NCBI RefSeq assembly: GCF_009914755.1
Contig: NC_060942.1
DNA: 64,000 nucleotides
Strand: one strand, 5' to 3'
Source: the human T2T-CHM13v2.0 reference genome, Homo sapiens
Positions within the stretch are counted from its first letter, which is position 1, and every line of letters starts with the position of its first letter. The notes under the pieces are model-generated. The model was not told where the DNA came from, ran no database searches, and was given only the letters and a program-made list of their open reading frames with translations. The position numbers and the translations under genes were made by a program. Positions 1 to 11,579 of the stretch are shown here, piece by piece.

Positions 1-349
1 CAGATCAACCCATCACCTAAGTATTAAGCCCAGCATCCATTAGTTATTCTTCCTGATGCTCTCCTTCCCCCGGTGCCCCCAGTAGGCTCCAGTGTGTGTT
101 GTTTCCCCTCCAGTTGTCCATGTGTTCTCATCATTTAGCTTCCGCTTATTAGCGAGAACATGCAGTGCTTGGTTTTCCGTTCCTGCGTTAATTTGCTAAG
201 GATAACGGCTTCCAGCTCCATCCATGTCCCTGCAAAGGACGTGATCTCATTCCTCCTTATTGCTGCATAGTTTTCCATGGTGTATATGTACTACATTTTC
301 TTTATCCGGTCTATCATTGATGGGCATTTGGGTTGATTCTATGTCTTTG
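1..349 (-). mobile_element. L1 3' end/3'UTR fragment (older L1PA/L1PB), running off the window start
   Basis: Antisense L1 3' motifs CCATGGTGTATATGTACTACATTTTCTTTATCC and TCCATCCATGTCCCTGCAAAGGAC. Confidence 0.9.
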
Positions 350-351
350 AC

Positions 352-552
352 GCAATAAGATATTTTTAAATTAAAGTATGTACATTTTTAGACATAATGC
401 TATTGCACACTTAATAGACTGCCGTACGGGGTAAACATAACTTTTATATACACTGGGAAACCAAAAAATTTGTGTGATTCACTTTATTGCAATGCTCACT
501 TTATTGCAGTGGTCTGGAACCAAAATTGCCATATCTCCAAGGCACGCCCATG
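352..552 (+). mobile_element. Tigger1 3' terminal fragment
   Basis: AAACATAACTTTTATATACACTGGGAAACCAAAAAATT...GTGGTCTGGAACC...ATATCTCCAAGG resembles the Tigger1 3' end. Confidence 0.8.
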
Positions 553-789
553 TAGAAATAACCAAGTAAACATCTGTCAGAATTGGAAAGGAAGACAACA
601 AAGCAGAAAAATAATTAAAGAGGAAGAAAAATACCATCAACTGAAGGAGTTACAGTTGGTTAATTGGTGTGGGGAGCTGAAGAAATTAATAGATGACAAC
701 TATTGTCACATTTTTTAAAAGAATCATTATTTCAAAATGTTGAATAATTATTTTAATTCTGCACACAGCATAGAAACAAAGAAAACGTA

Positions 790-1000
790 GTTAAATTGCA
801 AAGCGAGGAACTTCAATTGGACATAAAGAAAGCTTGTCAATAAGGGTAACAGCAAGAGAGCTTATGCACCGTGCATCCCTGCAGATGTCTAAGAAGGTAA
901 TTATTCTTCGTCTTAGTCAGATTAGGTATAGACCTACCCAAGACAAGCAGTTGAACCAGGAACCATTTCTGCTCCCTTCCTGATCTCTGATTTGATTCAA
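790..1000 (+). mobile_element. L3/CR1 3' fragment (ancient LINE)
   Basis: Degenerate match to the CR1 3' end (TTAAATTGCAA...GGACATAAAGAAAGCTT...CCCTTCC...CTCTGATT). Confidence 0.5.
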
Positions 1001-1362
1001 TCTTCTATTTGCTTATCTTCTAAATGTGCTTGTAATAACCTGCCCTTTTGCTAGCACCTTCTTGTAAATGTGATGCCTATCTGGGTTTAACCCAGCTAAA
1101 TAAACTGAATTCAATAAAACCCATCCTGGGTTATCCTCCAGGAGAGTTATTACTCCACTAACATGCTACTGTTGCTACTGTTACCTAATGCTTTAACTTC
1201 TCCTTTAGGCTTGAATTATGCTACATTATTGTATATCTAAGATAAGAGGCTGTCTGGAGTCTGTTCAATGTTATCGCGTAATACACAGTGACTTTTTTAT
1301 TGAAGGCACTCCATGATTCCCTCTGCACTAATGCAGGTTTTACTGAAACTAATTCAAAAATT

Positions 1363-1420
1363 GTGTGTATGTGTGTGTGTATGAGTGTGTGCACGTGTGT
1401 ACACACATATATACATATAT
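1363..1420. repeat. Imperfect (TG)n/(CA/TA)n microsatellite
   Basis: TGTGTGTATGTGTGTGTGT...ACACATATATACATATAT. Confidence 0.85.
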
Positions 1421-3002
1421 TTGAGAATACATATAAAGATAAATGCTAAATTGAAAACAAAGTCACAATGCTTCTCTCTGCAGCTGAGAATCTACAATCA
1501 TCTGTCAGACTGCTATGCCCCATGCTATATTAATCTAGCTTTTAAAGTTGAAGAAATAGCACCACACTGGGAGCTTGCTGTCTCTCCATGCTGACCAACA
1601 AGCCTCTGCCAAACTTCTGCCACTTCAGATCCTTGAGAATGCGGCAATTCCTAACCATGAGGTCCCCAGACTCCTAAGCCTTCACAGAGTTAAAAATGGG
1701 GTATTTGGAAAGAGTATCAGTGTTTCAAAAAGCCTACGGAAATTTTACATTGCTACAAAGACTGTGATAGGCTATCAGGCTGCCTTCTTTGGTTTTGAAT
1801 GTTATCAACTCTTTGAATAACTGTGATTATCTCATACTTATCAGAAGCTTTGGTTGACATCATACATTATTTTGATGAATAAATTACGAGGGTAAATTAA
1901 TTATTCCTTAAAACTGTAGTTTGATAGGAGAAAAATATTTCAAAATATGGTGTCCAATAAAGAAAAATATATATAAGTACCCTAGTGAAAAAAGGTTGGG
2001 TACCTCAACCATGAAAACAGTACATGAAAGGAAAAACATTGACCTGGGATTTAGGGTACCAGCCCTTGCTCCATTACTTAATAAACGAAAGTATACCATG
2101 ATTGCCTATGACATAAAGTCCAACGCAAAAGATAAAAATCCATGCTACACTTCAGTTTTCTGCCCCATTGATTCAGGGCCAAAATTTAGCATTAACTTGA
2201 AAAATTCTATAACTATTTGTTTTCAAAATAGACCTAGATTTCTGAGGTAGGCAGAGAAATATTTTATGTCTCTTTCTCCTACTAATCTTCTTCTATCTAT
2301 TTAGAGAACACAACTTTCAGGGAAAAAATTGTGCAATAGTCGGGTGGAAGATCAGTGTTAGCATTTCTATGCTTCCAACCGAGGACAAAGGTAGGAAGTG
2401 TTTCTGTAACTTTTTACTGTGGAAACTATGAGCTTTAGTCCACTTCATCAGTTCTGAGTTTCAAGGAAACAAATCACTGGAGTAGGAAAAGATGTCACCT
2501 GAATAAGCAAAATTGCCATAGGGGAATGCCAGCTTGAAACTGGAAATTTGACCAGTAACCCTCTGTAAAGCTGTGCTCTAAGCTGTAGATCAAATCAAGA
2601 ATTGTGACCATCACATAATACAGAGGTTGAAGGCAGAAAAATCCACAAATTTTATTTGTCAAAAGTGTTGACAGATCTCCCCTGATTAAGAGATGAGTAC
2701 AAAGCAAAACCATCAGAAGGTGTATGGAAAGCATTATAGCAGTGGTCTGAAAGTAGCACCATGAAGATTCTAAGGCCAAAGATTCCATTCAAAATTATAT
2801 GCTGCAGAATCAGAAAAACAACTGTTGAAAATTGTTTGGTTTCCTCAATAGAGGACAAGAAGGAATGACCTTACCACCAAAAACCAAGACCAGAAAGTCA
2901 TAAGAGGAGAGAGAAGCTGAATAGAAAAGGCAGCACAGGTTGAACAGGCAACAACAGAGGAAGAAAGATGAAGGGGGGATAAAAAGAATAATTTCAAGGA
3001 AA

Positions 3003-3235
<233 letters not shown>

Positions 3236-3489
3236 AATCAACAGAATTAAAATCATACTTGGAGCAACAGAAAACTAGAAACCAAATCTGTAACGTGATT
3301 TTTCAGATGTTCTCTCAGAATGAAAAGCAAATGACAAAGAGAAGAAAATGACATGAGATAAAATAATAGACAGCAGGGAGTAGAGATCCAAAATATACTC
3401 AGTTGGGATTTCCAAAGAAGGAATGAGAACAAATGAAATAGAAGCTCAGTGTGGGTCTTTCCCACTAGATCATGAAGCCCATAAAGATC

Positions 3490-5118
3490 AAATCTGGATT
3501 TCCAGAATGGCTAAGTGAAAAGGTTGGCAAATCCTCTCCCCAAAAGGCAATGATAAAGCTGGGAAAATTTGTCAAAAACAACCACTTTAGGACTCTTGAA
3601 TTTGTCCAAGAGTATACAACAAATTGAGAAGTTTATTCACGACAAACTACTGGACCAAGGTAGGAAACTTGTGCTCCTCCCATTCTCCTACCCACCTCCA
3701 TGCCCAGGGCATTGATGAAAACAACAGGAACTCTGTGGCAAACATTCAGGAAAGGTCAACATTGCAGCTAGCCTGAGGTCACGATTCTGGTAGAGGTAAG
3801 CAACAGACCAGGAGACCAACCAGAAATTCAACAGAGAGAACTGGAAATAGGAAAGCTATAGTGGGCTTTGATAAGCTTTCGCATATTCCTGGTGATGTAG
3901 AATGTCAATTTTGTCAAAATATCAACAAACATGACAAACCTATAACTAAAATGACCAAAAAAAAAAAAAGACCAGTAGACACAAACTATCAAAATCAGTA
4001 ATGAGAAAGAGGACATTACTACTAACTTTAAAATAAAAGGATATAAGGAAATACTATGAACAAAAACTTTATGCTAACAAATTGGACAACTTACATATAA
4101 TAGACAAATTCTTGGAAAGACAAAATTTACTAAAACTAACTCAAGAAAAAATAGAAAATCTGATTAGATTTATAGAAAGTTAAAGAAACTGGATTATTAA
4201 TTAAAGTATTGACACAAAGAAAGGCACAGGCCCAGATGGCATCACTGACTAATTCCATCAAATATCTAAAGAAAAACTATACTAATTCTTCACAAACTCT
4301 TGCAGAAAATAGAGAAGGAAATACTTCCTAACCTATTCTAGGAGTCCAGTGTTACCCTGACACCAAAACCAGACAAAAACATAACAAAAGATACTACTTC
4401 CCACTTACTAGAATGGCTGCAATAAAAAAGAGACAGACAATAACAAGTGATGGCAAGAATGTGGAGAAACTGGAATCCTCACCCATTGCCAGTGAGAATG
4501 TAATATGACACAGCTACCATGGAGAACAGTTTGGCAATTTCTCACAAAGTTACACATAAACTTATCACATGACCCAGAAATTCCACTCCCAGGCATATGC
4601 AAATATTTATGGCAACATAATTCTTAATAGTCAAAAAGTGGTAACCACTCAAATACACTTCAACCAACGTATGGGTAAATAAAATGTGGTCTATCCATAG
4701 AAAGGAAGATTATTCTGCCATAAAAAGGAATGAAGTACCGATACATGCTACAACATGAATGAAATGGATGAACCTTAGAAACACTATGCTAAGTGAAAGA
4801 AACCAGATGCAAAAGACCACAGGATATATGATTCCATTTGTATAAAATGTTCAGAAGACACAAGTTTATGGATATGGAAATTAGGATCATGGCTCCCCAG
4901 AGCTAGAAATGAGTGGGGGTAGGGGAATGACTGCAAATGGGTGCAAGAGCTATTTCTGTGGTGACACAAATGTTTTATCACTGGATTGTGGTAATGGTTG
5001 TAAAACTCTTTAAATTTACCGAAAATCATTGAGCTGTATATTTTAAATGGGTGAATTTTGTGGTTTGTAAATTATATCCCAATAAAGCTGTTAAAATATT
5101 TTTAAGATTAAAAAAATC
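3490..5118 (+). mobile_element. Old L1M (L1MB-like): ORF2 pieces and 3' end
   Basis: GGCCCAGATGGCATCACTG ORF2 motif; 3' end with AATAAAGCTGTT and A-tail. Confidence 0.8.
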
Positions 5119-5127
5119 AGATGACAT

Positions 5128-5212
5128 GTTCACTGCTGCATCTCAGCATCCAGCACAGTTCTGGCCACATAGTAGGTACTTAGCAAATGTTGACTCAATA
5201 CGTGAATGAATA
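5128..5212 (+). mobile_element. L2 3' end
   Basis: GTTCACTGCTGCATCTCAGCATCCAGCACAG...TAGTAGGTACTTAGCAAATGTT...TGAATGAAT. Confidence 0.75.
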
Positions 5213-5599
5213 AGGGAGTGGAGTAATATCGAGGAGTTTGCACTAAAATGATTGCATGGCCTACAGAAAGACCTATGCGTTTAAAAAGATTCATCATATT
5301 CCAGGGGGAAAAAAACAACTAATGAAGGCTAAAACTTTTTAAAAAGTACTCTATTAAAGAAGAATTGCTGCAAGAATTTGGAGAAAAGAAAAAAGTTTAC
5401 AAAGGGTAGCCTCATATTTCTTCTATGAAAAATAAATATCAGAAGAGAGTAGACGAACATATACAAATTTTTAAAGGGGAAAGAATGACCGTCAGACATT
5501 TTCTTCCCCAGCTAACTTGTTTTTTCACATGGGAAAGACATTTTGAAATGTGCAAGCCTTTTAAAAATACATCTACTATATACTCTTGAAAATGTTACT

Positions 5600-5920
5600 T
5601 AATATCAGATACGATAGGCTAAGAAAAGCTACAATTACCAACAAACCCCAAACCTCAGTGGCTTAAAACAACACAGGTTATTCTTTGACAACTATTAGCA
5701 CCTTTAGAGGGAGTTGGAGTCATCTGCTGACTGCTGTCACTCAGCAGTTTAGGCAGCTGAAGTGTCTATCTTGAGCTTTCCCAGAAGGAAGAGAGGCCTG
5801 GAGAGTTCCCCTTGCCAAGTCCATTCATAGCTCACTGGCTAGAACTAGCCACATGGCCTTACCCTACCAAAAGGGGGCTGGGAAATGCAATCCTACCAGG
5901 TGTCTGAAGAATTAAGAAAA
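5600..5920 (-). mobile_element. MLT1 (J/K/L-like) MaLR LTR fragment
   Basis: AACAAACCCCAAACCTCAGTGGCTTAAAACAAC...CTAGAACTAGCCACATGGCC...GGCTGGGAAATGCAATC. Confidence 0.65.
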
Positions 5921-6359
5921 GGTAGAAAGAGGAAGACAGACCGGTCATTGAACCTAAGAATGAAAGAATAGCAGAGCGGCAGAGCATCTTACAACCGGCG
6001 CTCCCTCCACCCAACAGAAGGCAGCCCAGGCCCGGCATTTCCTGACTTCCAGCCTAGCAACAGACCACAGGCACGTTCTTTCCCTCAGATCGAACGAATG
6101 GGAGGAATGGGAGTCCCACAATAACAAATGACAATGGCTGCATTATTGTGAAAGCTTAAGATTTATGCACTAGCGTAGGGTGGATGTCCTTGATCGGCAC
6201 AGCTCTCCGCACCATCACTAAAAGACTCAAGAGTCTTTCCCTCTTGTGACTTTGCATTCCCCTAGGACGTCATCATTGCCTGCATCCAGCCAGACAGACA
6301 GAAGGGACAGAGTTTGGAGAAATTGTTGAGGGAGATTTTTATTGGATAAGCATGAAAGT

Positions 6360-6360
6360 C

Positions 6361-6410
<50 letters not shown>
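6360..6410. repeat. (CA)n(CG)n(CA)n alternating purine-pyrimidine microsatellite inside an MLT1-like fragment
   Basis: CACACACACGCGCGCGCACACACA... Confidence 0.95.
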
Positions 6411-6411
<1 letters not shown>

Positions 6412-6559
6412 TATGATTTCTCGGAAACAGCTTAGCAACATGGCCAAACCTAATTGCAGATGAAACTGGGATAGCTACCTCCGTTCCCAGGAGAAAAGAG
6501 AAAATGTATTTCATGCACACTTGGTCATCCCCTTCAAATAAATCAATTTCTATAACATA

Positions 6560-8900
6560 TAAACTATATCTTTGTTCATCCGAAGGTTAGCATCAAATAT
6601 GGGAAACAAAGAAAGAAGCAATCCTCATTAGATTTAGGAACAAGAAAAGGAGGAGTGCTTTCATCACTTTTTTCCCACATAGTCTTGGAGGAACCAAAGT
6701 AAACATATATTAGAAATATAAATTTTCAAGAAGAAGAGACAAAATTACCTTATTTTTCAGGAGTTGTGATTATTCACCTGAAGAAAATAAAGGAATCAAC
6801 TGAAAACTCATTTCAAACAATAATTCACAAGATGGATGCGTGTACCAAATTAACACAAAAATTATTAACCTTCCTACATACAAACAAAAATCACTGGAAG
6901 ATATATTTGAAGAGAAGGCAACAATTAAAAAACAAATGAAAAGGAGAAAATATCGACAAATAATATTTAAAAGAAAAGTAGTAATATCTGCATAATAAGA
7001 TGTTTATAAAACTATTGAGGAAGAAAGGAAAAAGAAAACCCAAACAAAACAAAACAAAAAGGCCTACCAAGTTTTTGGACTAGAGGGTGCAAAATCATAA
7101 AGCATTTCCTCAAATTAATACATATATTCTATAAAATTTAAATTCAAACGCCAACAGTTGAAAGGAGGGAGAAGAAGACTAGATAAGCCAATCTAGAATT
7201 CAAATGGAAAATAAACAAGAATCATCAGGACAAGTCAGAGGAAAATTTCAAAAGTTATAGGGCAAGAGTGGACTAGCTATACACATTATTCAAATAGCAC
7301 ATATATTAGTTTCCTATGGCTTCTGTAACAAATTACCACAAACTCGAACCATACCAATTTATTAGCTTATAGTTCTGGAGGTCAGGAGTCCGAAATGGGC
7401 CTCGTTGGGCTAATGTCAAGGTGCAGGCAGGGGTGTGTTCCTTTGTGGAGGATCTGAAGGAGAATCTGATGCTTCACCTCTTCCATCTCCTAAAGGCCAT
7501 TGTTTTCCTTGGCTCACGGCCTCATCCCATCGTCTTTGAAGCCAGCAATGTTTCATTTCTCTAAAATTTTTCTGTAGTCATGCTTCCCTCTTACTCTAAA
7601 CACAGATGGAAATGTGTCTCTGATTTTATGTCCACATGATTAGATTTTGCCCATCCAGATAATCTAAGAAAATCCCTCCATCTCAAGGTTTCAAGTTTAA
7701 TCACATCTGCAAAATCCCTTTTGCTATGTAAAGAAACACATTTATAGGTACCAGGGATTAGGATGTGGACATCTTGGGGGTGGAGGGATGAGGGGAAGGA
7801 CTTTATTCTGCCTACTTCATCATGATTCTGATTCATGTATAGACAGAACAATGAAATATAATAGAAAATATCATAGAAATATTAAAGAAAGTCTAGAATA
7901 GACTACAGCAAACATACGGTGTTAATCTATTATAAATGCCATTTTATATCAGTGGCAAAATTGCTTATTCAACACTTATTGAAATAACTGTATTAGAATT
8001 GGAAATGAAGTAAATTGGATACCACCGTATGGCACTACAACAAAATTAATTCCAGATGGATCAAAGATTTAAATGTAAAGAAATGAAACCATAACAAAAT
8101 TAGTATAAACTGTGGAGGAATATTTTATAACCTTTGAGTGAGGAAACCATAAAAGAAGATATTGATAAATTCAACTACATAAAAATTTTAAAATATGCAT
8201 GGTAATAGAATACCATAAACTAAATCAAAACATAAACCAAGAACTGTATATTTTTTAACTTCAACTCATTTCATTGCATAAGGTTAATATCCTTAATATA
8301 TAAAGAACTCCTATGAATCAATAAAAAAGAACCCAACAGAAAACTGGACAGAAGTTGCATATAAACAGTTCAAAGAACAGAAATTCAAATTGCTCTTAAA
8401 CACAAGAAAATATGTTCAACCTCACTCATAAGCAAAGAGATGAAAATCCACCCTGAGATACCTTTTTTTGTAACCTAGCAGATGGACAATGATAACTCTG
8501 ATAACACATTATGTTAATCATGGTATGCATACACAATACTGGAGTAGATGTCAATTGATAAATTCTCTGAGAGGAGCAATTTACTCAAACTAAAAATGCA
8601 CATACACTTTGATAAAGCAACTCTATTTCTATGAATTTATGTGCTAAATATATAATGGGCAAAATAGAATGTGTACATGGCAAATAGAATGTGTCAGTAT
8701 TGTTATAGCAAAAGATTGAACATAAACAAAATGCCCAATAGGTTCTTGGTTAATTATAATAATCCACATATTCAGATACTCTGGAATACTCTTCAGCTCT
8801 CCAAAGAATAAAGTAGCTTCTTCATACTGATATAAATGGATCACCTAGATAAATTTTAACTTTACCAAAATGCAGAATAGCAGACAGGGCAAGCTAACAT
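6560..8900 (+). mobile_element. Degenerate L1ME ORF2/3' region, interrupted by an MLT1 LTR
   Basis: A-rich L1 ORF2 relics such as AAAATTAATTCCAGATGGATCAAAGATTTAAATGTAA and TGTTCAACCTCACTCATAAG. Confidence 0.7.
7303..7818 (-). mobile_element. MLT1C/D MaLR solo LTR
   Basis: TATTAGTTTCCTATGGC...AACAAATTACCACAAAC...TTAATCACATCTGCAAAATCCC...GGATTAGGATGTGGACATC. Confidence 0.85.
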
Positions 8901-9872
8901 TTGTGTCAAATTACAGACCAGATGCCAAGGCCAAGTAGGAATAATTTTTAAATTATATGTTTTCCTCTTTTTGCCTTGAATCATCAAAGGTTGATTACAA
9001 GTAAATTTCTGATATTAAATGTCAATGTTATAAATCATCTTTTAGGCATGGTAATAGGATATCAAGCGTAAGCCAGCAGGATTTTGCATGGGGAGTTCCC
9101 CCCTTTCCTTCCACCTTTCCCTAGCAAATATTCTGGGAAACGAGGCACATTTTTTCCTGAATTAAGTATGCTTCACTGTGACCTCATTCTCTCTTCATTC
9201 ATCAGACACCCCAAACTTGACCCGCAACCCAAACTGCATTCTTTTCCCGTTGGACCTTAAAGTTTCAGGAAACTGATATTTTAGCCACACACACAAAAAA
9301 GCCTTCAATCTAAAGATTAGTTTTTACATGTTCTCTAAATAGTTTTGCAAAATCACTTGGCAAAGTGTCTGAGAATGGTTATAGGTTGTTATCCTACCTG
9401 CCTTAATTTTCAAAGATGCTATACATTATGAATAACTGGAAAGGAAGAGTTTCTGCAGTTTATGGGTACATCTGTTTTCAAAACCTATTTTCCAGAATGA
9501 TTGTTGACTCCTTAGTATCTGTTCTTTTCCTTTGCTTATTAGATATCCTGCATCAGAATAATGATTCAGCAAAGTAATACAGCTACAGACTGTCTTTCAT
9601 TCTTGATCTGGCTGATCCTCATATCTTTGTCTACCAGGAAATATAATCATTAAAATGAACGTCCTGGAACATGGATAAAGAATGACACTTTTCCCGGAGA
9701 TACAGGCTTTATACCAGGGCAACCCACACATTTTGTTACTTGGCTTTCTTTTCCATACAAGGCACAGTGGACACCAATCTTTGTGGCCCTATAACTCATG
9801 ATGGCTTCCTCCTTCTCTGGGAATAATCCCATACACAGATAATGTGTTTATAAGACTTAATAGATTCTGCTC

Positions 9873-9958
9873 CTCTATGGCAAGAGGAACAGATTCTATA
9901 AGATTCTTTATAAGATTAAAGAATCTATTTATAAGAGTCTGCTCCTCTTGCCATAGAG
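9873..9958. repeat. Near-perfect inverted repeat (hairpin) of 86 nt
   Basis: CTCTATGGCAAGAGGAACAGATTCTATAAGATTCTTTA / 6-nt loop / TAAAGAATCTATTTATAAGAGTCTGCTCCTCTTGCCATAGAG. Confidence 0.95.
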
Positions 9959-9984
9959 ATACATTGATGGACAACCCAACTGGA

Positions 9985-10365
9985 CTAATCAGCCCTTTCC
10001 CCATATTTTTGTCTAGAAGTAAAGGAAGAGAGGCAGCCTCTCTGTGGGAGTTGGAAACACAGGATGCAAGACCCAGGAGCAGCTGCCTGCCTGCTATGGT
10101 TTCTGCTACACAGAGAAAGCTTATTTGCAGTAGGCAGTATTTAAGGCAACAACATAGAGACAAGCAGAAAAAAAGACACATGAAAGGGAGGCCTAAGGGC
10201 TTTGACATCTTGGTTCCAGTGGACCCTGGGTCTCACTACGTCCTTGTCTTTGCCATAATTATGTGAAATATTCCAATAATTATTCTCTAAATGATCCACT
10301 TGGCCTAAGCTAGTAGGTGGAGTTGGGTTTCTCTGAGTTCCAACCAAAACAGTTCTGACTAACAC
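9985..10365 (+). mobile_element. MLT1J-like LTR
   Basis: Ends CCTAAGCTAG...GAGTTGGGTTTCT...CAACCAAAACAGTTCTGACTAACACA. Confidence 0.65.
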
Positions 10366-10419
10366 ACCTTGCTTACATGACAATATCCACCTGCTCAGAC
10401 ATCCCTCCCTACACATATG

Positions 10420-10645
10420 TGCCCTGGGTTTGAATCCTTGGCCCCACTATTTAAGAGCTGTGTGACCTTGGGACAGTTAGGTAAACCTCTTTAGCCTCAA
10501 TTTACTCATCTCTTTGATGGAGGTAATGATAGAATCCATCTCAAAGGATTATTACGGAGTTTCAATGAGTGAATAAATGAAAATTTGCTTATAATAGTGC
10601 CTGAAACACAGTAAGTGGTCAAAAAGTTAGCTATTCTTGTTATCA
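10420..10645 (+). mobile_element. MIR SINE
   Basis: CCTGGGTTTGAATCC...GCTGTGTGACCTTGGG...GCCTCAATTTACTCATC core. Confidence 0.85.
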
Positions 10646-10764
10646 TATATCATTATACCTATATATATGTAAAATATATTATAAATATATTGTAAAATAT
10701 ATTGCCAAAATATATTGCCACATAATCTAGTAATATGTTTAGAGCAATAATGAAACTTTTTTGT

Positions 10765-10955
10765 ATGCTTTTTATATGCCAGACAGTGCTGATATAATCA
10801 TTTCATTTAATGCTCACAAAACCTATGAGGTAGAAAGCATTATTATCCCCACATTACTAAGAATAAAATCACATACATAATTTTTTCAGTCTTACAGCTA
10901 GAAATTAGCAGGATCAGTCATTGGAGCTATGCCTTTGACTTCAAAACCTATGTTC
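10765..10955 (-). mobile_element. MIR SINE (antisense)
   Basis: TATGCCAGACAGTGCT...TCATTTAATGCTCACAAAACCTATGAGGTAG...TTATTATCCCCA. Confidence 0.7.
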
Positions 10956-11174
10956 TCTTTTTTTTTTTTTTTTTTCCTAACCTTTTCTGAGTGTTGCTGG
11001 GGTGGGTGTAATATATGAGTAATAAAAAATGTACAAAATCTAAATGTTCCACCAAATGAATTTTCACAAAGTGCCCTCCACATAACCACCACTCAGGCCA
11101 GATGCCCCTCAAAGTCTCCTCTCAGTCTCTCTCTCTTGCCCTCTTCCCTGAAAAAATCACTCTTACGATGACTT

Positions 11175-11570
11175 GAACTGAGTCAAATTAGCTAATAAAG
11201 AACTACATTTCCCAGAATTCCATTATGATTCCAGTTAAGGTTGGTTGCAAGAGAAATTGGCTCAGGATTTGGAAGGCAGGAATAAAACAGTAGCCGTTCA
11301 GCTATGAAAGTCACTGCAAGACACCAGGTACAGCTCCAGCTCATGCACATTGATACTGCTGGCTCCCCACATTGGCCTGGGACAGCAGCCTGGCCTCATC
11401 TCCTTCAGTTCCCACCAAACCTCCTCCTTCAGCTGCTCCCAGCGCTAGCCCAGGTGTCTGTGCAGCTCCATGGCAAAGGGTGTAGCAACTTCTGCAGGTC
11501 ACCAGCACCATCAAGGTCAGAAACAGTGAGAGAAAAATACAAGTAACAGGTTGCCCTCATGGGCTCCCGG
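11175..11570. mobile_element. Old ERVL LTR fragment (LTR33/LTR16-like)
   Basis: AACTACATTTCCCAGAATTCC motif typical of these LTRs; GC-richer block inside L1. Confidence 0.45.
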
Positions 11571-11579
11571 TCTTGAGGC

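Noticed and set aside
9844-10266. Overlapping ORFs of about 140 aa on both strands
   Set aside because: They run through the palindrome and an MLT1 LTR and show no homology that I recognise.
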